Shown here in pieces: positions 13,982 to 20,000 of a stretch of 20,000 nucleotides of DNA (the first letter of the stretch is position 1; every line of letters begins with the position of its first letter). Under the pieces are notes generated by a model that was not told where the DNA came from, ran no database searches, and saw only the letters and a program-made list of their open reading frames with translations. This DNA is from an uncultured virus (IMG/VR IMGVR_UViG_3300032164_000005). Its lineage: Duplodnaviria > Heunggongvirae > Uroviricota > Caudoviricetes. The DNA lies in the IMG/VR virus record IMGVR_UViG_3300032164_000005; one strand, given 5' to 3'. A program made the translations under genes and the position numbers.

Positions 13982-14839
13982 ATGGCGTGCCGACCGAACC
14001 CGTACCATTCTCACCGAGGCTTGAAGCAGGATCTGGAGCAGTACCTGGAGAAGGCTGGAGTCTTCGCCGAGATCAAGCAGCGACGCGATGGCGTTGTTGA
14101 TGTCAAATCGCCCTACCAGTCGATGAAGCCGGAGACGGTTCGCGGCATCCTGAAGATCGCGAAGCGGCATCGGTTCCTGGCGGATAGCCCGAAGAGGGTG
14201 AAGGAAGAGATCAGGGCAGGCCTTCATCCGCTCGACCGCGCTACGGGTCGCCACGAAGACGAAGGATGGCTTGAGTCCCACAGCCGTCGCGTCGTCGTGC
14301 TCAGGCCGCCCACCGAACGCACTCGCGGCGTTCCGTCGCCGAGCATCTTCTCGGTCGGATCGACGCACGAACTCGAGGAACTGGCCGGGCGGCATGTGGG
14401 CCCATTCGACCCCGGCGAGTACGGCGACGAGCCCGAGTACGGCGACGAGGACGTCTACGACAACCCCAGCTTCAAGCACACCGCCCGCTACGCCGTCAGG
14501 AAGGGCAAGCGGACCGTGAGCTACCACCGCAGCTACTCGCTCGCCCTGGCGGCCCGTCGGCGCGCCGGGAAGGGCGCAACAGTCGTCGATCGGAAGAGCC
14601 TAGCGCGAGAGAACCCGACGAGCGGCATCGATCGCATGCCCGGCGAGACCCGCGAAGCCGCCGCGAAGCGGATGTCGATCCACGCATGGGACAAGGGTTG
14701 GCAGAGCGCGCACGAGAGGGCCATCCGGGCGTGGCGCGAGGTCGAGAAACACTCCAGCAGTCCGGCGAAGCGCCGCGCTGCTCTCGCGATCATGCGAACG
14801 CACGCCAAGCACTCGGGCGGGATGATCATCAGGGCGTGA
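13982..14839 (+). CDS. Basic modular protein with RPNP, YDNP and RENP motifs (candidate polyprotein)
   Basis: SD GGAG and upstream TGATACCGT -10 box; MACRPNP…VYDNP…LARENP…. Confidence 0.8.
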   Translation: MACRPNPYHSHRGLKQDLEQYLEKAGVFAEIKQRRDGVVDVKSPYQSMKPETVRGILKIAKRHRFLADSPKRVKEEIRAGLHPLDRATGRHEDEGWLESHSRRVVVLRPPTERTRGVPSPSIFSVGSTHELEELAGRHVGPFDPGEYGDEPEYGDEDVYDNPSFKHTARYAVRKGKRTVSYHRSYSLALAARRRAGKGATVVDRKSLARENPTSGIDRMPGETREAAAKRMSIHAWDKGWQSAHERAIRAWREVEKHSSSPAKRRAALAIMRTHAKHSGGMIIRA

Positions 14840-14999
14840 CCTGGATCCCGACCAGAAGTCGCTCGAGGTGGTCACCTTCGTGATGACCGACCAGACGATC
14901 CGCGAGGGCGGCGTTGCCGGGCCAACGTACGCCGCGCAGCCGTGGTTCCGTTCGTACGCGACACAGTTCGTCGCAGCCGTGGACAGGGCCTGCCGCTAG
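14835..14999 (+). pseudogene. Start-less coding-like frame (RDLDPDQKSLEVVTFVMTDQTIREGG…ACR*), possibly a frameshifted tail of 13982-14839 or a short gene
   Basis: GC3-rich codons; its TAG interlocks (CTAG) with the convergent stop at 14996. Confidence 0.4.
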
Positions 15000-15241
15000 C
15001 GTGGGCGCTTCACGGTCGGGCGGCGCGGCTTACGCTTCGGCTTCTGACGTTCCGCCCGTGCTTGATCCCGCATGTCCTTCAGCAGAGGCATGAGGGTCTC
15101 TGCCCATGACGGAGGCTTCGGTGCCGACGCTGCCGCTGCCATCACGGCGAGCGACTTCGCGATGGACTCCATCGCGTCGGTGAACCGTTCCTCGACCGTC
15201 TTCGGTCTCGCCTTCAACGCATCTTTCATCGTGACGGACAT
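14996..15241 (-). CDS. Hypothetical protein with basic C-terminus
   Basis: TGATG coupling; MSVTMKDALKARPKTVEERF…. Confidence 0.75.
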   Translation of the reverse strand: MSVTMKDALKARPKTVEERFTDAMESIAKSLAVMAAAASAPKPPSWAETLMPLLKDMRDQARAERQKPKRKPRRPTVKRPR

Positions 15242-15609
15242 CAGTTCTCTCCCATCTGCCGCAACGCAGGCGGCCACGCACCGGTCTCGAGCGCCTCTTC
15301 GAGGCAGAAGAACATCTGGTTCATCTCGTCGGAGAGGAACAGGAAGTAATGGCCGCACGACGAGCCATTCTCGATGTGATCAGCCGCTTCCTCGCTGAAC
15401 TTCCGCACCATGACCACGAGGCCAGCACGGGTGATCATCCCGCACGCGTACCTCTCGGAGACCGGCAGATCGCCGGTCTTCGCGAGCACCGAGTCGTTGC
15501 TGATCGCCACCAGCACGTCGGCCTTCGGGCTGACCCTGGCGCTGGTGCGGGCATCCCGAAGTAGCTTCTTGATCTCCGGGAGCATGGCCTGGAGCACATC
15601 GTACATCAT
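15241..15609 (-). CDS. Hypothetical protein
   Basis: SD AAGGAG; coupled on both sides. Confidence 0.8.
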   Translation of the reverse strand: MMYDVLQAMLPEIKKLLRDARTSARVSPKADVLVAISNDSVLAKTGDLPVSERYACGMITRAGLVVMVRKFSEEAADHIENGSSCGHYFLFLSDEMNQMFFCLEEALETGAWPPALRQMGEN

Positions 15610-15848
15610 CGCTCTGTCTCCTTGATTATTCTCTCAACCCAGCCGCAGCACGGACACTCGAGTTGCCCGTCCTTCTCGACGAGCCCGCGCTGCGTCTGTT
15701 GACCTGATCGGGCCGACCTGTACGCGGCCACGATCATTGCCCTCGCGTTGGCAGGGTTGGCAACCATCATCGTCCAGTACCGCACGACGATGATCGCCCC
15801 GGCGAGGGCACCGAAGAGCGTGAACACGATCGCGGACAGCAGCATCAT
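15606..15848 (-). CDS. Membrane protein with C-terminal CPCCG
   Basis: N-terminal TM helix LLSAIVFTLFGALAGAIIVV; ATGA coupling. Confidence 0.7.
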   Translation of the reverse strand: MMLLSAIVFTLFGALAGAIIVVRYWTMMVANPANARAMIVAAYRSARSGQQTQRGLVEKDGQLECPCCGWVERIIKETER

Positions 15849-16081
15849 GGCTTCCTCACGAACATGTGCATGTTCACTCGTGGCCCGGCCCGCCTTGGGC
15901 CGCCTACAAATCGCACTCGAATGGTGCGCTTGAACCCGTGCTGTTCCAGCGTCTCGACGTTCTCGTGGGGGACGTTGAGCGCGAATATCGTGACGTGGTC
16001 CGACCAGTGATCGACATCGACGCGCCACGCGAGGCTCGATGCCAGTTGATGCGCGACAGCCGCGAAGAACGGGATGCTCAC
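15845..16081 (-). CDS. Hypothetical protein
   Basis: GTGA coupling; MSIPFFAAVAHQLASS…. Confidence 0.65.
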   Translation of the reverse strand: MSIPFFAAVAHQLASSLAWRVDVDHWSDHVTIFALNVPHENVETLEQHGFKRTIRVRFVGGPRRAGPRVNMHMFVRKP

Positions 16082-16407
16082 GGCTTCGCCCGATGCAGTC
16101 CGCTGCGGATCGCCGTCGCGATGTCGAGCGCAGCCTTCGCCTGCGCACCGCTCTCCCACTCGCTCGCGTCGATCCATCCCAGGATCGCGGCAAGCTCCTC
16201 GTCGCGCCCCTCACGATGACCGCTGGAGCGGGCTCTGTTCATGCCTGCGACGTCGTAGACGCCGAGGTTGTCCAGCAGTTCGATCCAGTGCTCGCGGATG
16301 TCGAGCGCGTCGTCCGGGCACTCGTTGTCGATCTGGTCCCAGGCGTGACGGAACGCTCGGTAGCGTTTCATGTCCGCGATGAGCGCGTCCACCAGCTTGT
16401 CGCTCAC
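16078..16407 (-). CDS. Hypothetical protein with an 'E.AAILGWI…A..I' module
   Basis: GTGA coupling; SD AAGGAG. Confidence 0.75.
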   Translation of the reverse strand: MSDKLVDALIADMKRYRAFRHAWDQIDNECPDDALDIREHWIELLDNLGVYDVAGMNRARSSGHREGRDEELAAILGWIDASEWESGAQAKAALDIATAIRSGLHRAKP

Positions 16408-16751
16408 TTGAGATGCTCCTTCTCTTCGATCTCGTCGGCGATCCAGCCGAACACGTTGCTGAGCGACAACTCGTCCCTGCGTCGCAGCCACGCCACGATC
16501 TCGGCACGCTCAGCGTCGCGATGCTTCTGCTCGTCGTCCGGGTAGCCGGTGCAGTACGGCTGGCCGCATGTCTTGATCCCACGGATGGCGTCCGCCCCCT
16601 CGTTGTGCATCTCCACGAGCTTCTCCGCGAGAGTTTGTGCGGGCTGCGTGGTTCCCTGGCACGCGCACGACCACGTCTTGCCGTGCATGTCGGTCGGTCC
16701 CCACGAACACGGACCCTCGTGCGCTCGGTGCAGGCAGTTGTTGCAGTACAT
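16404..16751 (-). CDS. Hypothetical Cys/His protein with an 'ERAEIVAWLR' module
   Basis: MYCNNCLHRAHEGPC…; TGATG coupling. Confidence 0.75.
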   Translation of the reverse strand: MYCNNCLHRAHEGPCSWGPTDMHGKTWSCACQGTTQPAQTLAEKLVEMHNEGADAIRGIKTCGQPYCTGYPDDEQKHRDAERAEIVAWLRRRDELSLSNVFGWIADEIEEKEHLK

Positions 16752-17065
16752 CACCGTGGCGCGTCGCAGTCCGGCTTGCACCGGTCGTCGGGACCAGCAC
16801 CGCCCCGTTCGATCGCGTTCGCCGCTTCGGAGAACGCTTCCGCTCCCACGAGACACGGATTCCTTGGCTCGTTCCTGCAATCGGACTCGTCGGCGAAAAC
16901 CTCAAGTCGTCGGTCCGCCATCCCACGCAGCCACGCGACGATCGCCGCACGCTCGCGCTCCCTGTAGAACGCCTCGGGCGCGCACTCCTCGCACCCCTCG
17001 CACGGTTCTTTGGCAACCGAGTCCCACCCGCTGCCGTCGCAGCGCGACACGTCGTTGTCACTCAT
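16751..17065 (-). CDS. Hypothetical Cys-rich protein with an 'ERAAIVAWLR' module
   Basis: CDGSG…CEGCEEC; SD AAGGAG. Confidence 0.75.
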   Translation of the reverse strand: MSDNDVSRCDGSGWDSVAKEPCEGCEECAPEAFYRERERAAIVAWLRGMADRRLEVFADESDCRNEPRNPCLVGAEAFSEAANAIERGGAGPDDRCKPDCDAPR

Positions 17066-17285
17066 CGTCGTCGGTCTCCTTCTTCACGGTCGCCCCGACC
17101 TCGCGCTCGAGCAGCGCCAGCCCTGCGTTGATCACGCGTCCGAGGCTGATCTTCGCCGAGTCCTGCGCGATCTCCGGGATGCCGTCGATGCTGCGCAGCC
17201 GGATCGCCTCGCGCAGTTGGACCGCCCGGTCGTAGACGTCCGGGTGGACGCGGATGGTCTTGTACTCGGTGCTGGTGGTGCTCAC
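17058..17285 (-). CDS. Putative RHH-like DNA-binding protein
   Basis: YKTIRVHPDVYDRAVQL…SLGRVINAGLALLE; GTGA coupling. Confidence 0.6.
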   Translation of the reverse strand: MSTTSTEYKTIRVHPDVYDRAVQLREAIRLRSIDGIPEIAQDSAKISLGRVINAGLALLEREVGATVKKETDDDE

Positions 17286-17809
17286 TGTCCGGCCCCTAGG
17301 CGGGCTGGCTGCGCCCTCAGGAAGTAGTACAGCCGCTTGTTCCACCGGGCGTCCTCGAGCGCGTTGTGTTCGCCGCCCTCCTGCTTCGGATGCACCGGGT
17401 TGCCGAGCATCACCGAGTACTGCTTCAGGTCCATGCAGTACTGCGGGTAGCCACGCGGCAGCGAGAGCATCGTACCGAAGAGTTGGCAGAACACGATCCA
17501 GTCGTAGTCGGCGTAGTACGCCCAGAACTCGGGCCTGCTCGCGGGTGGCGCGAACCGCTGGATGTCGTCCGCGATCTCGCTGCGGGTCTTCCAGGCCGCG
17601 TTTCCGACCAGAGGAAGCTGCGGGATCACGTTCTGCTTGACCCAGTCGTTCGCGCGCCTCAGGCGTGCTTCGGAGTTCGCGGCGTAGTAGATGCGCTCGC
17701 TGTCGCTGACGATGCCGATCGAGATCAACTCGATGGTGTAGCCGTCGTCCATGAACTCCGTGTCGAGGAAGTACCGATCCCGGTCGCCGTGCTGGATGAC
17801 CTGATTCAT
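17282..17809 (-). CDS. DEDD 3'-5' exoribonuclease (Rv2179c/RNase AS-like)
   Basis: YFLDTEF…LISIGIV…DWVKQNVIPQL…WAYYADYDW…HNALEDARW. Confidence 0.9.
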   Translation of the reverse strand: MNQVIQHGDRDRYFLDTEFMDDGYTIELISIGIVSDSERIYYAANSEARLRRANDWVKQNVIPQLPLVGNAAWKTRSEIADDIQRFAPPASRPEFWAYYADYDWIVFCQLFGTMLSLPRGYPQYCMDLKQYSVMLGNPVHPKQEGGEHNALEDARWNKRLYYFLRAQPARLGAGQ

Positions 17810-17849
17810 TGAACCCTCACGATCCCGTTCTCGACGCTGATGCTGTAGC

Positions 17850-18038
17850 TCATTCCCACTCCAGGTCGGCCGGTGATGTTGCGGCAGGCGTCGGGTTCGT
17901 GCCGTAGCGAACGAAGATGGAGTGCGAGTTCCACGACGTGATCACGCCCTTGTCCGCCATGACGCGAGCACCGGGGAACGGGATGTAGACAACGCGGCGG
18001 CCGACGTGCTCCGGCGTGAGATCGGAGATGCGGATCAT
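17850..18038 (-). CDS. Small beta-rich (SH3-like) phage protein
   Basis: VGRRVVY…KGVITSWN…IFVRY…PADLEW; ATGA coupling. Confidence 0.75.
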   Translation of the reverse strand: MIRISDLTPEHVGRRVVYIPFPGARVMADKGVITSWNSHSIFVRYGTNPTPAATSPADLEWE

Positions 18039-18328
18039 CGTCGCGACCCCTTCGGCGGCGCGTGCGGGTGGCGCGTTCCAAGGTTCAGGTGCTGCAGCGC
18101 GCGGACCACCGCGAGGGCCTGGGTCATCGCCGCCGAGACCGACGAGATGTTGGACCTCGTGACGGTGACACCGAGCGCGTCTTCGCGGCTGGTCAGGGTG
18201 AACGAGTTGCATCCCTCCCACTGCTTCGCGGCCGTCCCGGTGACCGTGATGAGCCACCCGTAGACCCATCGGGTGCGCGTCTCCGGGTTGTGCCGGGTCC
18301 ACCGGTACTCGTGCCGAAGAGGATTCAT
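18035..18328 (-). CDS. Hypothetical protein
   Basis: ATGA coupling on both sides; MNPLRHEYRWTRHNPET…. Confidence 0.65.
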   Translation of the reverse strand: MNPLRHEYRWTRHNPETRTRWVYGWLITVTGTAAKQWEGCNSFTLTSREDALGVTVTRSNISSVSAAMTQALAVVRALQHLNLGTRHPHAPPKGSRR

Positions 18329-18882
18329 CGCTTCACGTCCACCCGCGCGACGGACGCCTCGGTGCTGAAGCCCTCGGGGTAACGACGTTGAAGCTTGCTT
18401 TCGTTCTCGCTCGCCACATCGGACAGCAGCGCATCGAGCGCCTTCGCTGCGTCGGCGACGTACCACATGATGTCGCCGCACTCCTCGCGCAGCTTCGACC
18501 GGTCGAGCGCGTGCCCGTGGATGATGTGCTTCTTCACGCGGTCCACGAACTCGCCTGCCTCGCCTGCGAGACCGAGGGCGGCCTGGAGCAGGTGCGCCTG
18601 CTCCGGCGTGAACGTGAGCCCGTTCTTCCACGCCACCGAGGTGCGCTGCGTGAGCTTCTGGTACGTGTCCAGGTGCCGCACCTGCATCGGTTCGTGCGCC
18701 GTGACGGCGATCCTGGGCACCAGCGGGTCGCCGCAGATGTAGCAGCGGGGCCCGCTCGAGGACTCCCACGCCTTGGACTGCGGATGCTTGCCGCATACGA
18801 CGGCAGGGCCGAAGTAGCGGTCGCACTCGGAGCATCCGTTCACGCGCTCGTCGTGCGAGCACTGTCTTCCGGCGCGGATCAT
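18325..18882 (-). CDS. mazG: MazG-like NTP pyrophosphohydrolase with a Cys-rich N-terminal extension
   Basis: ALGLAGEAGEFVDRVKK…EECGDIMWY…ENESKLQRRYPEGFS; SD AAGGAGG. Confidence 0.9.
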   Translation of the reverse strand: MIRAGRQCSHDERVNGCSECDRYFGPAVVCGKHPQSKAWESSSGPRCYICGDPLVPRIAVTAHEPMQVRHLDTYQKLTQRTSVAWKNGLTFTPEQAHLLQAALGLAGEAGEFVDRVKKHIIHGHALDRSKLREECGDIMWYVADAAKALDALLSDVASENESKLQRRYPEGFSTEASVARVDVKR

Positions 18883-19214
18883 CGTGTCCTCCTTGTCAGT
18901 CGGCGCGCACCGATGGAAAAGCGAGTCACGTCCAGGAAGCTGGTATCCGAAGAGCTCGCGACGAACGTCTTGCCGATGAGCGGTGCGGGCGCGCGGTGAG
19001 CGATGCACTCCGACGAGCAGTAGAACGTGCCGTCCTTCGCGACCCACCAGCCGTGCGGAGGCGAGCGGCCCCATCCGTTCTCGTGCATGCGTCCGGTGCG
19101 CTTGCAGCCCGGACAAGTGATCGTCGGGCCCATCACCGCGTGGTTCTGGTTGCCGGGATACTGCGGCGCGATCGGGTCGGTAGTGCGGTCGTTGGGGTCG
19201 CAGCGAGGCTTCAT
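18879..19214 (-). CDS. Hypothetical zinc-binding protein
   Basis: CPGC…PPHGW…YCSSEC; ATGA coupling. Confidence 0.7.
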   Translation of the reverse strand: MKPRCDPNDRTTDPIAPQYPGNQNHAVMGPTITCPGCKRTGRMHENGWGRSPPHGWWVAKDGTFYCSSECIAHRAPAPLIGKTFVASSSDTSFLDVTRFSIGARRLTRRTR

Positions 19215-19468
19215 CGCGCCACCTTCTCGATCGGCACGCCCGATCCCTTGGCATGTTCATCACAGGCGTAGTAGCGCCCGTCGATGATCCGAGTTGCGTC
19301 CCGCATGCAGCGAGGCGGTCCCTTCCAGTTGCACCACGGCTTGCGCGGCCACGGCTGACCGCACGACGAACACACTCCCTGCGTCGGCGGGTTGCCGTTG
19401 CCCACGCTCTTGTCGAGCCCGAGCGATGAGCATTCGGCGCAGACGAGCCATCCGCTCCAGAGGCTCAT
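19211..19468 (-). CDS. Hypothetical Cys-rich protein
   Basis: CAEC…CSSC…C…C…CDEH; ATGA coupling. Confidence 0.7.
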   Translation of the reverse strand: MSLWSGWLVCAECSSLGLDKSVGNGNPPTQGVCSSCGQPWPRKPWCNWKGPPRCMRDATRIIDGRYYACDEHAKGSGVPIEKVAR

Positions 19469-20000
19469 CGCGCCACCTTCTGTCGGCGCGCGGAGTCCGC
19501 AGCCTTCGCCCTCGCCACCGCCGACGCGATGCCTCGGTCTTCGTCCGAGACGCCGTGCAGCACGTCGAGCGCGTATGCCTTGGCCTCGTCTTCGGTGCCG
19601 TATAACTCGTCCCGGAACTCCCACAGGTCGCCGTAGATCGAGATCACGAGCCCGGCGGGGCCATCGGTCTCGATCTCGATGTGCCAGTCGTGGCACTCGC
19701 TCGTCCACTCCAGCCCATCCCACGTCCCTCGGGTGCAGCAGGTGTCTTCGCGTCGCGCCAGTAGCCCTTGTAGCGAAGCTACTGCGGCTTCCACTTCTGA
19801 CCGCGTCAACCGCATAGCGATCAACCCGCGCTTGTCCGGGGCGCTCTTCGCAATCTCGAGAACCTGCTCCCACGTCGCGACCCCCGCCTGGATGTAGATC
19901 ATCCCGACGGCGCGAGGATCAGGCTCGTTGGCTTCGACCGGCACGACGCCGCCAGACACGTCGCCGGGCGGGATGAACTTCAGCTTGTCAATCGTGCTGC
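19465..20000 (-). CDS. Hypothetical protein, probably 5'-partial
   Basis: Frame stays open to the window edge (…STIDKLKFIPPGDVSGG…); ATGA-coupled to the next gene. Confidence 0.7.
   Translation of the reverse strand, partial: STIDKLKFIPPGDVSGGVVPVEANEPDPRAVGMIYIQAGVATWEQVLEIAKSAPDKRGLIAMRLTRSEVEAAVASLQGLLARREDTCCTRGTWDGLEWTSECHDWHIEIETDGPAGLVISIYGDLWEFRDELYGTEDEAKAYALDVLHGVSDEDRGIASAVARAKAADSARRQKVAR

Larger units (their letters stand above)
1..20000. mobile_element. Bacteriophage/prophage genome segment (lysis, early-gene, glycosyltransferase and nucleotide-metabolism modules)
   Basis: Endolysins, holin-like gene, ArdC-like, MazG-like and exoribonuclease genes, dozens of small hypothetical ORFs with ATGA/GTGA/TGATG coupling, and no housekeeping genes. 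Confidence 0.9.

Noticed and set aside
18284..18295. RHNP in the 18035-18328 gene as a member of the tag family
   Set aside because: It lies in the SD-led nucleotide-metabolism operon, with no Arg run, TM helix or modular context; about one chance hit is expected, though membership cannot be excluded
484..19897. Many long alternative-frame and antisense ORFs in the track (e.g. 985-1773 minus, 8803-9708 minus, 13030-13893 minus, 16549-17235 plus)
   Set aside because: Shadow ORFs typical of high-GC DNA: Arg/Pro/Ala-rich, overlapping better-supported genes, and lacking SD or coupling
1..20000. tRNA, rRNA or recognisable structured ncRNA genes
   Set aside because: No cloverleaf or T-loop signatures were seen in the few intergenic gaps; a covariance-model search was not possible

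Overview
High-GC, gene-dense phage or prophage DNA. No capsid, terminase, integrase, tRNA or CRISPR array is visible in the window. From left to right: (1) a lysis/envelope module (holin-like protein, lipoprotein, putative glycoside hydrolase with a peptidoglycan-binding domain, lysozyme-like secreted protein, Amidase_2 endolysin), plus an RHH regulator and a minimal HExxH zincin; (2) small genes in both orientations, many with their own -10 box 6-8 nt before the ATG (leaderless); (3) a divergent twin-promoter inverted repeat (8241-8528) driving an ArdC-like gene leftward and a small-gene operon rightward; (4) two basic modular proteins and two GT2 glycosyltransferases; (5) a tightly coupled minus-strand operon that includes a DEDD 3'-5' exoribonuclease and a MazG-like pyrophosphatase. 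The most striking unexplained signal is a protein-level R-x-N-P motif. It lies within the first 11 residues of six otherwise unrelated proteins (four small membrane proteins, two of them not called as such in the ORF track) and recurs internally between modules of two basic proteins. This suggests an undescribed tagging or proteolytic-processing system, probably for virion cargo. All functional calls are from motif recognition by eye; no searches were run.
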